DNA from: Paraphysomonas bandaiensis
Lineage: Eukaryota; Protista; Chrysophyceae
Assembly (NCBI GenBank): GCA_965644295.1
Contig: CBFFRP010000362.1
Coordinates: 321,217-385,216 of the forward strand
Direction of reading: 5' to 3'
Length of the DNA: 64,000 bases
A model generated the notes under the pieces. That model searched no databases, had not been told where the DNA came from, and saw only the letters and a list, made by a program, of their open reading frames with translations. Shown here one piece after another: positions 38,301-51,641 of the stretch. Each line of letters begins with the position of its first letter. The first letter of the stretch is position 1. The position numbers and the translations under genes were made by a program.

Positions 38301-39499
38301 CCTCGACCAAAGTTATAGCACCATTCCAGATGCTCCTCCGGGCATACAGTAAGCCAGTACAGCCCATCAGCTAGTTCCTCTCTACTTGTTTCTCGTATCG
38401 ACGCTTGCATATCACCCCCCCATACTGATGAATTGATCTGGCTATGAAGATACGCCACCGTATAGTTATTAGCATACGGAAATGGTAAGTTTCCAGTGAA
38501 TACTAGTTTCCATATCAAATACTCCCTTGTGATTGCTGCTGTTGTATACCTCCCAGCCAGTAGTTCATGAAGGCGTCCAAGAAGGGTGGCATTGTACGAT
38601 GAGATATTTGATGATGATATGTAGTCTAGTTCACTAGTAAGACCTTCAGAAAGAACATCGACATTCGCACCATCCACAAGAGTGCTCGTGCTACTATTAC
38701 CAACGAACAAAGTAAATACGACGGACTCGTTTTGGTCGCCATGTCGAGGGCGTCCTATACGTGAGACATGTGTCGGACTTTCGGTGGGGTGCATTGAGTG
38801 ATTACTACTTCCAGTACCGGAACCTCCACCACCACTTCCTATAGTTGGTAACACACTCGGCACACTTGTGTTTTCTCCTCCTCCACCATGTCCATTTCCA
38901 CCTCCACCTCCTATAGTTGGTAATGCACTCGGTGCAGTAGTGTTCTCTCCAGCCCTTCCAGAGCCTCCCCCTCCACCACTACCTCCTCCAGATCCTCCCC
39001 CTCCACTACTACCTCCTCCAGATCCTCCCCCTCCACCACTACCTCCTCCGGACCCTCCCCCTCCACCACTACTACCTCCTCCAGATCCTCCCCCTCCACC
39101 ACTACTACCTCCTCCAGATCCTCCCCCTCCACCACTACCTCCTCCAGATCCCCCCCCTCCACCACTACCTCCTCCTCCAGATCCCCCCCCTCCACCACTA
39201 CCTCCTCCAGATCCTCCCCCTCCACCACTACCTCCTCCAGATTCTCCGCTTATAGGATCCTTCCCATCATGAGGGCCATCACTTGTGGGGCTATCAGGAG
39301 ACGGTTTCGGCTTAACTTTAGGCGGTGGCTTATTTCTCAACTGACTCCAACCAAAAACACCCGCCACTCTCCCATATCTCTCTGTATGGGTGGGTGTTAT
39401 GGGCTCTAATGATCGTCTGTAATAAGAGTCAGATGATGATAGCAAGCCGCATATACATAGAGCCGCATACACTATACGATATCTTGTCATGGTTAACAT
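35356..39499 (-). CDS. Secretory-pathway multi-pass membrane protein with Gly-rich ectodomain and Ser-rich tail (probably one multi-exon gene)
   Basis: Signal peptide, (SGGGSGGGGG)n and PT-rich stalk in ORF 38114-39499, spliceable to the hydrophobic ORFs 37860-38099 and 37350-37814 and the 599-aa ORF 35356-37155. Could be two genes. Confidence 0.6.
38958..39242. repeat. Coding tandem repeat of 30/33-nt units (Gly/Ser linker)
   Basis: About 9 copies of CCAGATCCTCCCCCTCCACCACTACCTCCT and variants. Confidence 0.9.
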
Positions 39500-41192
39500 A
39501 TGAATGGAGTGATATGCTCATACTTACCTCTACATCCTGTGAAATCTAGTAGCTAAAGTGACCTGCTCTTTCACACCTCATGAGGAGATACATGGAGGGA
39601 TATATACACAGATGCGATCACAGGATACGACTGTGATAGACGGAAGTGTATGATGTATCCTCTATGCACAGTCGGCATATATCATACTTCTGGACTTCGT
39701 ATTCCTAGCTACAGTATACGGTATACGGTATGTGGTATACTACACTGTGGCCCACTCTGACCCCTGTACAGATATCTAGATATCCAGATATAGACATACT
39801 CTGCTGTCTATGTATTGGATATAGTACACATATATCAGACCGGATTCAACACTCTCATTACAAATTTAAATCTTTCAATGAACTGAAACTTATTGATAGA
39901 GTTTCAGTTCATACCGGGTGAGCATAGAGTGATAACGAGACTGAGAATGCATTATGGATATGGATGCAAAATCTCATGCTATCCACATGGGTACAACTAA
40001 GATAACGGAGTGTATAGGATTGCAGGTCATCGAGAGATACACAATTTCGTTCTGACTTAGTTTCCGATTTGCATTTGATAGAATAGAGGTACGTATAGTA
40101 CCTTAATATACCACAGAGGTAGTTGGTTCGTTGCACAGTATCACCACTACTGGATTGTGGATACTGGGTACACTGCTATGATATGAACTATCAATTTATT
40201 CATTTTCTAACATAGCAGAATAAAAATGCGTTTATTTTATGAAATTTTATATTCTAATTAGCATTTTAACATTATCTCACGTGCTTTACAAAGTAGTATT
40301 CGATTTATATATATCTAAGTTTACATAATCAAAACACAAGGTACACTCAAATGAGCGCACGGTTTATATTAATGTAGTGTACAATATACTTGTAACAGGC
40401 TAGCTCTTTAGAAATCAATCAACAATTCAGTGTTCTTACCCTACGGTTAAGATGTACACCACTTCTAGTCGTACTAATAGGACTAAACAATAAACAAGGA
40501 ATAACTACTGAATCAACACACCAAACTTCGCTAGAAACATAGCTCATAGATTCAACAACAGACAAAACCTCTCAGTGAAATTAACTCATGAAAAATATTA
40601 CTCAACCTATTGAAAATGAATAAACTCCCTATACCCCAAACCCTACTCAACTAGTCAAAGAGTAAATAATTCAATGTCTGTATTCACTAATTGATAGCTA
40701 GATGAATACCATAAATGTAATGACTAAGTTTATACTATTCTTGGTGTGACTAGGAAAGTACACCTAATTGACCACCTTAACTCATGACGCATTAACATTC
40801 TTCATTTACCGACATAGTATTAACAAATTTAACTCCCCCTAATGTAGATATGTAGACCGAGAAAAATCCAAACTTAATCGAAACTTAATGCGTAAAATAC
40901 GAAGTAGAAGTATTATTTATCATCCATCATTCAACAGACAAAAATTAACCCTATAAATGACCTGTATAGAGAAGAAACGCAAGCAATATGAATCTATGCT
41001 TGCAACAACGAGCAAAACGCCAGTCGATATTCAAACTGCAGACAGGCCTTTTTCGGGTGAGTATCTAAACTAAAAGCTAGCTATATATGTAAAGTGTGAG
41101 ATCAAGGCAAGTACAGCAGGATGTTCATAGAGCGGCTTACAGAGTAGCATATATTTCACAATACTACTCAGAATACCCTCGGCGAGGCAATA

Positions 41193-42172
41193 TTAGCAGC
41201 ACTTAGAGGATTCTTTCTTCGGAGGAACAATAGGGAACGCCTCCCTCTCAGGGGCAGCTGGTGTCTTCGGTAGTTTCTTAGCTGGACAAAAAATTAGTTA
41301 TCAGCACAAGCGAAGAATCTGTCTACACATAATATGCGCCTTGGCCACTACACATATACCCGGCCACTATACATTGCTATAAACTAACTTACCGATTTCA
41401 ACAAAGAGGTTTCGGACATTGAGAGCGGTCTTTGCCGATGTCTCCATGTATATAATATCACTGTCGAGAGCGTATTGCTGTGCCTCTTCTGTTTGGACCT
41501 ATGCAATAAATTTTAGAAAATGTGAACGCTAAGATAGAGTAGTATATACGCCGCGTGTATAATTGAATGGCGTATGTGTCGGAATGTCCTATTTATTTTC
41601 TTTGATTTCATATCTGTGTAACTCACTTTTCTCTTTGAATCCATATCGGCCTTATTTCCAGCTAAAGCAATCACTACGTTCGGATCCCCGCGTCTTTGTA
41701 ACTCTTTTACCCAAGACTTGGCCCCAATAAACGAATCCTAATATACATAACTGAGTTTTAGTAGGCACTCACACCACTTAACTGGGAATATACCTTCTTA
41801 GTGATATCGAACACTACAATTGCGGCAGCAGCGCCACGATAATACATAGGGGCCAAACTGCGGTATCTCTCTAAACGCAACATTATAACAACCACTACCT
41901 CCATACATGAACTCACCTTGTCCCGCAGTATCCCATATTTCAAACTTAACCGTTGAATCATCGAGTGTAACAGTTTGAGTCAAAAAAGCGGCTATTAAGA
42001 AAAGATATAATAAATAAAACCATCATCATAACTACTCCAGCCTACCGCCAATAGTCGGCTCTTGGAATTCAAAGAATTCATCCCGTACGAAGCGGACAAC
42101 AAGACATGATTTTCCCACTGCAGAGTCGCCCAATAGAACCAATTTAAAATGACATATACGATTAGATGCCAT
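41193..42172 (-). CDS. RAB5: Rab5 small GTPase, 6 exons
   Basis: [20 protein letters not shown]|AAFLTQ, WDTAGQ|[28 protein letters not shown]-terminal CC. Confidence 0.97.
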
Positions 42173-42884
42173 TCTTCACACGACTAATATACTCTGAAAA
42201 TATACTGAACTTTCAAAATATGTTCCGGTGTTACCAGATATATATCGATCAATATACTCTCAGGGACTGGCGGGTGATATAAGATCAGTACGGGTGATAT
42301 AGGAATGTATGTATGTAAGCTGTGTGGATGCTCCTCTACAGGATGTTTCATAGGATGTTATATATGGGATTATACGTCTTGGAGTTGATTTTTTTTTATT
42401 ATTCAGCAGGTGTGGCCTGCATTCCGAGAATATCTTGAACCGGCACCCATATGTTTCATTTTGTATATTTTGTACAAAGGATGATAAGGTACACAAAAAA
42501 ATATATGAGAAATTACTTTGTCTGGTTGTGTATCATCTACGAATTCCTTCATAATTTATATTTTACAATTTTTGTCTGTAATATTACAGCTTTTCTCCAT
42601 ATATAATCTACTGTATGTATGTTACTGTCGTATTAGTTGGGGTTTAATAATTAATTGTCACGGCATCTGAACACTGTGTTTGTAATAAATTGATAAACTG
42701 CTCGACATCATTGACAAGAATGTTGATGAGGGATATTTAACTGATGAATGTCACAGTGTTTTCTATCCTGTTACCCCTCTATATAAGCTATGCAGGAGAT
42801 CTTATGACACCCGTATATCCCATACATAAAACAGGATACAGATAGCTAATTAAGATAACTTTGACAAACAAGACTACGTCACCA

Positions 42885-45800
42885 ATGAGCGCACTTGATG
42901 AGATTCATAACGGAAACCTGCAGAAAGTGTTTGCATCTGCTGCTGCCAAGATTAAGAAATGCAGTTGTTTTGATGTGGACACACTGCCGATTGATGTGGC
43001 TGATATATTTTCCTACTACCTTTATCTTAAGAAGTCGCTATCTGATACAGATGCGTTTGTAAAAATTACTGAGTATTTAGAATGGCGAGAGCGTTTATCT
43101 GAAATGTCACCACCTTCGTCTTTGGACCATACTCTCGGTTGCAGTGTGATGACGATATATAAACACATGCCTGAATGCCAGTTTGGATACGACAAATATC
43201 ACCGCCCGGTTGTGTATTTCTTGTTTGGACAACAAAGTATTAAAGATACACTTCGAATCATAACAAGAAAGCAAATATTCGACTATCATCTGTGGCAAAA
43301 TGATGCAATTAATGAACTGTGTTATCATAAGTCCCTGGAGTCGAACAACATTATAACATCGTGCACATTGGTTCTTGATGTGAAAGGCCTTAACAGTGAT
43401 AATGCCAGTGCTGACTTTTTACACATTTTGAATCGCCGAGCTGAAGTTAATGGACGCTACTTTCCGTATTTGTATGACAAAATAGTTGTACTGAATGCTG
43501 CTCCATTGGACTCCAAGATGATCCGCACGCTGAAAGAGTTCTGTGATGTTTTCTCTCCTCGAGCGAATGTGTATTTGACAGGTGAAATTTACGATGATGC
43601 ATTTTATCTCTGTTGGTGTGATTATTGTCCTCATGTATTATTTTGCGTATTGCCACTGTTATATTAAGTACGAATACCACATGGTGGATACTGTGCAAAA
43701 TCTACTAACATTTGCTCCTATGCACTCATAGGTCCAGAAAGAAACCCCTCTGAAGTCTTAATCAACCATATTGACTTAGATCAATTACCCTCCGAGTATG
43801 GAGGCCTCAAAGGATCGCTACATGCCATAACGCACCCTTTTTACGATTCGATAACTCTCAGACGGGTGGGTGGAGGTGTTTTACCGAGGAGAAATGGCGG
43901 AGTATCTTATCCATCAACCAATGTATCTCCTGATCGCCGTGAGCATCGTAAATTTTCTACCGCCACGAACTTCAGTGCGTCACCATATGAAGATGCGTAC
44001 GACTCCTCTAGAGCGGTATCAACCGTGGCCTCGACTGGCTACCCTGATCTACCTGATGAATCTACACGAACGTATTCATCTGCATCATCTCGCATACCTA
44101 ACAATACCCGCATAGCTCGGTCCGCGTCGGTGGCTTCGTCTATCAGTGTTATCGGTGGTTCAAAAGCTGATTACGTGCTGAGCAGTGTCCCAATGACTCC
44201 TATGGCTAAAACTGCTCTCGGAGCTTTTATAGAGCTTCTCTCCGGAGGAACTCAGCCCTATGCGCCCTTACTACTTGACTTAGCTGGACTGAGTATAGAT
44301 GGGCAAACGACGATATCTACCACCTCTATGTCTCCTATATCCAACCGTAGTATTGATATCCAGTCTTCTACGCACAGTGCTATGAGCTTATCCAAAGTTA
44401 CTCGCAGCGTGTCAAACACCGCCCAACCGATTGCTGTTTCGTTGACGCTGAAATCATCTGTGTTTTCTATTGCTGTAGATGGGGTGCAACAAACCAGCGT
44501 AGGTCGCGGAATGGGGCCTGCTTGTGATGTGCTGTCGATCAAAACAGCATCCTCTGGCGTAGTGGTGTTAAAAGCATCCCCGGTCGTAACTAATGGTGGA
44601 GTCTACACACACAAGAGGGTCGTTTATAAGAAATATAGCGGAAATTTAATTCTGTCCAATGGACGGATATACTGCCTAACTAGAGGGGCATCTATGTGTG
44701 GGTGGCTGCAGAAATGGCCAATGCGGTGAGTGTAATGCGATTACATATATTTGTATATAGTGGTCTACTGTACCCACTGATTCAGTGTATAGCGCCGGTG
44801 TCTAGCTAGTCTTATTGTGCTGAGACGTGATGTGACCCTGTGGTAGAATTGTAGATTTGTAGGCTATTTCTATAATTTCAGGTCGCTTATCTCTAAATTT
44901 TAGGTCTCAGAGTGCGGGTAGCTATACACATAGGTACTTTATCCTCGAAGATAACGAATTGAAGTATTGGAAGGCTGCACCGAGTTCCGCAGGTTATTTT
45001 ACAGATATGTTGTATGTATGGCGTGTTCGTAGTTTTCATTTCCCGAACCGTGATTAATTTAAGGATGTCTGTGTTATTGGCCCGAAGTAGCTAACTGTGT
45101 CGCTTTTGTAGAGTCATCAAGTCGTCGTACCCGCGACAACACTTCCGCGGCGCCGAATACACAGGATCCACCCAAAGGAAGTATGGTACTCACTCATAAT
45201 ACCACTCTACGTCGATCCAAGACCCTCTTTGGTAGCAATACTATTGAGATTAAGTCCGAACTCGACTCTCTGACGATATGTGCGTACAATGCTGTGGAAG
45301 ATACGGCATGGTATAGTGAACTGTACCATGCGATTGAGCGAGTTAAGAAATTTCACCGCGAGGCATGCAGCAATGGTATGTTTCGATGTTGCTACCCAAT
45401 TCATATTTTTGTTTCCCCATTAGCTGGTATATGTTGTTGTTTGTTGGTATGTCAGTACATGTACTGTTGTGACATTCCGTGTTTGTAATTAACAGAGCGG
45501 CCGTTTCCTGAAGTGATATGGAGACAGTCGGACCCCTCATGTGTGGCTGTCGACGCAGATGTGATAGATGCGACTTCATCAGAAGAATACTTCGACTTCA
45601 GGTATTTGATATATATATAGGATTTCTTCATTCGCAATTACTATGCTTGTTTTTTCTGTTGGATGTAATGCATATATTAAACTGATGTAGTGTTTGCAGA
45701 TATAGTAACCCGGATCCCCAATCGAAACGGAGTCAAATCAGTACCATCGATGAAGGTGGTCGTGGAGTGGATGATACCACAGCTCCACCACTTCAGTACG

Positions 45801-48554
45801 CTGTTTTGTGTCGGGTACACACGGGTTTGTCATCCTTGCATTCTGTTCAAATTGGACAAACGGAGCATGCCCCGATAAGATTAGAGGTATTCTCCCGTTT
45901 ATTGTGTGCTGTCCACCCAATGTGTATTCTGCAATCGTGTATGTATAAATTATAACTTGGTGTATTGGCCATTGTTTTTCATTACTATTGAGTATTATAA
46001 AAGAACTGATGACACTTGTGCAGAACAATGATTTGGACCTAGGAGTGAAACTGATGGCTATTAAAGTATGCGGCAACTGTTTAGTAGTATCCGGGTCAAA
46101 TGGATTTGTTGGAGCCGGTAAGATTCCTCAACTATCGGACTTGTCACCAAATAGTTCCTCGACTACTCCTGCAATGGAACCGCGGCGAATTTATGTCCGT
46201 AGACTTGTTAATAGTTACCACAGTGATGATACTATTGTTGGTATTCTGGTGACCCCTAGAAGTCATGGGATATCAAGTGGTAGTGATTTAAATGATATTT
46301 CGTCCACCTTATTGGCATCTGCCGACGATATGGGGGGGGTTTGTGTGTGGCGTCGTGATGGTCTACAGACCGCAGGATCAGGTTACTCTACACCTGCCAA
46401 ATCTACCGGACGAACAAGTGATTCCTGGTCATGCCTACATCACGCCAAAGTTGGCCATCGTGTCACAGCAATGTCATTTTCTCCAGATGGGAATACATTA
46501 GCCGTGACAACGCCCGAGAGAGCTATACTCTTCGATGTATCGCCGCTCTTGGCTATTTTTTCACCCTCCGATGTTTTCAACGGTGCCACGCCTAACAGGG
46601 CTGGGTCTGTGGGGCCACTATTCTCTATTCGCACGGCTGTAATTGACGACTCTGTTGGAATAAATACCCCTGAGGTTGTTTTTGCCGTGGATCTTTCGCG
46701 ACCTGGGCTAGTAAAGGTCTGGAAAATTGCTCAAGGTGTGGATGTCTCTAACAATTTGACCGATGACCCACAAATGAGGTCTGAGTCGGGGTGTTCGGCT
46801 ACATCGGATAACCGTAACATGGGCTATGTCGCTGACCGCGTCCACTTCACAGAGATTTCTCTTTCTCTTGCAATGAGTCGAGCAGAGAGTAGCCAACCTC
46901 TGCGTCGTATGTTTAAATTACGAAATAGTTCTCGTCCTGCGTCTACTCCAGTGAAAGAAGCGGATAAGTTACTCTCTAATTTGAATGCAGACTCTGCATC
47001 GCCTTCGTTTTACCGTGTGGATTCATACGGAAATAAGGTACCCACCACAACGCTATGCTCTGAATCAGAAAACGGAAGTAGTGATATGGAGAGCAGCAAT
47101 TCTGTTGAGAAAGAGGATAGCTGTAATACTTTGGTAGTAGAAAGTGGAAAAGAACCATTGAAATCTAGCGTGAATGAAAAGTGCACTCCTACGAAGCCAA
47201 TGCCTATAAAATCACCAGACAATGGGTATTACGTGGATCCTTTTGGTTATGCCGATGTATTTGTGATCGACCCACTTCGTATGCATCTGAGGGACTGGTG
47301 GTGTGATTACTCATCTAGATATTTGCTATTGGGACATGAACGAATAGCTGCGTTAACTAACTTCGAATCCGTTAGCATTTCATCTCGTACAGGTATTGTT
47401 TTGTGTTAACACCGATTGGTATTTGGAAATATTGTGTGTATCCTAGTATGATGGTACTTTTCATTTCCCGAACATGCATTTACTATTTTGCAGTGTCACG
47501 AGCCAACAGCAGCGGCAACACAAGGAGCAGCTCTTCGAATATAGCGTCTGGTCTTGACAAGAAAAGCACAAGTATGTTTTGGTCGACTCTGACTAGCTCA
47601 CTGGGGCGAAGAGTGATATGTCGGTACTACATACCATTGGAATATCATGAAAGGAGAAATAATAGTGCCAACACGAAGCGGGATTGTATTCACTTTCTGT
47701 TATTCGTGTCGAGGTGCTTGTTTGAGACGTTAGGTGATGAGTACATAGCTGCGCTAATGACAGCATGGAAAGCCAAGTTGCTCGATGAAACGAGAGATAT
47801 ACTCGAGAAATGGTCCCCGTCATGGTTCCGAGATATATCTACAACTTTTCTGGATATATTACGCCGAATAGAGCTATCTCCAGCGCTGGCTATCAACTGC
47901 TTGGAAGAGATTACGTCCACTATGCTTCGCTTATCATCAGAATGCGAATTTGACTCTGTAGCAATGAGTAGTGCCAGTCAAAACAAGTCTGGAGAGTCAG
48001 GTGTTGTGGATCTTTCCTCTGTATTGGGAATGTTCAATGCCCTCAAAAATGCTATTTGTTTGGTGTCTGACGACTATGGTATTAACCATGCTGTACCAGC
48101 GCCAATGGCGAAATTTATTTCGAACGGTATCCAGCCAATGCTGGCTGATGGCAAGTCAAAATCGGAAAATGTTTTGCCAGGTGTTTCCACGGATGCTTGG
48201 GTACATGAGGATGTCGATTCCATGCTTCATAGTCTGATCATAGAACCGTTGTCGTATCTAGAGCGGACCGAACCTTTTGCCGTTGCTCTTGCCGTTGTGG
48301 GGCTTCAGGGTGTTCCAGGATATATATACAAGAGCATTATGGGACGAGATGGTGTCGTTCAAGGTAGTGAGGGACATTCCAGTGGAGACCGAACCAGTGC
48401 GGAGAAACTCAGTGCAAGTGTTAAGCTAAAGAAAGAGAAAATTGGTAAAGCTGATTCGGAAGCGGGCATAGAAGGTCTAATATCAGTTATGGCACGAGAA
48501 ATGCCGCCATGGATACGGTTTATTTTGACAAGCGATAGCGACAAGAGTATCTAA
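42885..48554 (+). CDS. CRAL-TRIO (Sec14) + PH + WD40-like propeller + helical C-terminal protein (probably one multi-exon gene)
   Basis: GYDKYHRPV...LDVKGL...FPYLYDKIVVLNA...LPSEYGG (Sec14). CGWLQKW...WYFILEDNELKYWK...EDTAWYSEL (PH). LASADDMGGVCVW and VTAMSFSPDGNTLAV (WD40-like). GT-AG junctions link the ORFs. Confidence 0.7.
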
Positions 48555-49202
48555 CTGTTTCATCAGTCAGGAGCGCGAGGAGAATGGCGGACCCGTATTG
48601 CTGTGTTGTTATATATTAGTTTAATTTCGTCGAGGAAATGTGTGGTACCGCAAAATTTTCACCGTTCATATTGAGATATTTTATAATAATCTGCAGTAAC
48701 TTAATATTATTATATACTATGTCAAATAAGTATTTGCGAGGACAATGTACGAGGCATTTATACCGTAAAGATCTAGTTCCTCATATATTAGGCCTGGTAA
48801 ACATTAAAGACCCAGTAATGCTTCATGGGTGACCAGTTCACGGTACATAAAAGTAGACTACGATGCAAGTAATATTAGACTAGAATAATGCCTAAGTTTT
48901 ATAGCTCTTAACATTAACAACTACAGTGTATAATATTGAACTAATGGGGCATCGTACTTCCACACTAACAGCACGAGGACTGCGGATTCGTGTCTACTAC
49001 AAAGTACAGAGCTACGAAGACACCAATTAATATTGCAATAGAGTAACTAACCCACTTAGAGCTGTGGTTTCAATGACACTATATAGAGGTATTAAATGCT
49101 GAAAAGAATAGTTATTTTATCATTCTACAAGCGCAGTGCTATCCAGACTCCAGACTCTCCTGGTCAGCGGTTACGTGACTTACAGAAGCAGCTTTCGTAT
49201 TA

Positions 49203-49708
49203 TCATACACGAAAGCTATAAGATTTGTAGGCGTTATATGAACCAGCAAGTAGTGCGCATCCTGCCACGACACCACCTGGCATCATTTTTCCAGTCCTGT
49301 ATACAATTAAATTATAGTAACAAAACTATAGTGCATCATACTTCCAAGCTCGAGGTCCCATAAACAAAGCGAGGACAGTAGAATTCACGACTGCTAAATC
49401 ATGTCCCTCTTCCATATTTTCACCAATCATATAGCCCGCAGCAGCATAGACTCCGCCGAAGAACAGTCCGGCCATAGCTGATGCTTTGGAGCCCTTCTTC
49501 ATGAAGCCATAAATGCCTATAGACATGACGCTGCATATAAGCGTGACATGACTCCTGTGATGCGGTATACTTGCCTCCGAAAGAGGTGAGCGCAGCCTGC
49601 ATAGAGAGTTAGAGACATCACTCCGATACAAGCAACTGGTACATACACATACATACATATGCCTATACATACCATCGCTAGACAGGGGTGAGCACTTCCT
49701 GTGGGCAT
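49203..49708 (-). CDS. TMEM14-family small membrane protein, 3 exons
   Basis: GIYGFMKKGSKASAMAGLFFG, MGPRAWK|TGKMMPGG motifs. Confidence 0.88.
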
Positions 49709-50203
49709 AGTGTACTGTATCTAATCACACTGAATCGTCTCCTTTATGATCGATCTTGAGGCTATTGCTTCTTATGGTGATGGAAACACAGACATGCATC
49801 CATAAGCGCACACTCCTCAGTATAGCTATATACGTATACATATACAGGCCACTCTGTATACATATACAACAGTAGACAGCACTGCATATATATGGTGTAC
49901 ATATAAACCAATGATATATTCCTATACACGAATAAGGTAATTTCATTGGATATTATTCCAACAGCATAAATTACCTGTTTTCCATAAAAAGTCAGTTTTT
50001 ACAGCACAAAACTCCTTATATTGTGATACTGCGGTGTAAATATTCCACATATTATCAGCTGCTGTATGTGTGCATGCATGATAGCATATCCATGTGCACC
50101 TCACACAGTGCCAGTATCACTCCTCATTGGTGAAGTATCATGCACATATCATCCCTTTCATCTCCCATATGATCATTGGAGTAAACAGTGTGTATATCCT
50201 GTC

Positions 50204-51219
50204 ATGTTATGTCCCTCCATCTGTCGTATAGGTGTACACAGGCATCCTCATACCCTAACTGCCTATAGAGCTCACTGTGCAGCTCACAGTACACCTCTAT
50301 CAGTAACAACGAATCAAGAATTTCAAGTCAAGGCCACATTAGAGTTCTCAAATGCGATATGTTCACTGGTGAATCTTCCTGTACGGCATGGTCCGGACGA
50401 TGTATGGAGGACATGCAGTGACCTCCACTCAGATGAGATCCGATTTGCGAACAGTTTGAAATCTAATCATTCTGCATTATTGTTTTGTGCTGGTCGATAT
50501 GCATTGAGGAAATCGTTGCGGTCTCTGTACCATTCAGAACCGTCTTATTTTGATTTGCCGATTTTAAAGGATGTATATGGCGCACCAGTAGTCCCTCGTG
50601 GATTCTGTGGCTCCATATCGCATAAAGAAAGTATAGCAATTGGCCTGGCAGCGGTGCGAGATACCGAGGGAACAAATTGGGGGGTCGATATCGAGTACAC
50701 ACAGACACAGCGCGTAGCCAGTATAGATAAAAGAATACTCACAGGTTGCTGCCTTACACCTAGTGGTGGTTTTCTTACACTGAAATTATTGTTTGTCTAT
50801 TAGACAGGGAATTAAACAGTCTGGGAAATCTCACTGAAGTGACACGTATAGAAGAGGTATTTATCTATTACAGTGTATTGTCTAGTTTTGGCCGTTTTTG
50901 TGCACTGATGTTTCTTCTTGTCCAGACCATGCTGCGATTTTCTCTCAAAGAGTCACTATTCAAAGCCATCCATCCAGTAGTGTGTCGACACGTTCGATTC
51001 AAAGAAGTTGAAGTTTATCCCTTTCCAGATGGTACTGCAGAAGTTATTTTGGGTGACGAACTTTCAGTGCATGGCTTTTGTGATATTCGTGCTTATTGGT
51101 GTAAAATTGACTGGGAATATACACAACTTGATGATAATGATTGTAATAGACGTGTGAGTAGAAACTACTGGGTCACATCTGTGAAATCGTATTGTAAAAA
51201 TGACCCTGAAAATAGATAG
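50204..51219 (+). CDS. 4'-phosphopantetheinyl transferase (EntD/Sfp type), multi-exon
   Basis: FCAGRYALR, GAPVVPRGFCGSISHK, GVDIE, FSLKESLFKA. Confidence 0.9.
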
Positions 51220-51641
51220 TAGTTAGTAATATTTATATTAAATATTAACAGCTAATATGAAGAATGAAGCGCAATCACTATCAATGCAACTGCGTGCATG
51301 TTTACTTTTCACTATCATTTACTGAGCTGTAGGTGAGAATTCACAATGTGTGCGTTTACTACAATGGTGACCTTCGAATAGGAAGAGATAATAATATAGC
51401 TATCTCGTATTACTGCTTGGGGTTGTGAATTAAAATCGCGTTTACACTTGACAATAGGCAATCTCAATTTAATGATGATCACTTATTACTCTCAAATATG
51501 AAGCCAACTGAAAACATGCATATATCATCCTACAGTTATTACTTCTCTGTAAGATCGTAGCATGTGGTAAGATATCTGACTTTAAACGATGTATATACAT
51601 GAAAACTTCCATGTGAAACCCACTTGCAAACTCATTAACTA

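Noticed and set aside
38868-39272. Poly-proline (extensin/formin-like) ORF on +
   Set aside because: Antisense shadow of the Gly-rich repeat in the minus-strand gene, which has a signal peptide.
50204-51219. PPTase as a marker of a biosynthetic gene cluster
   Set aside because: No PKS, NRPS or ACP genes in the window, and the neighbours are functionally unrelated.
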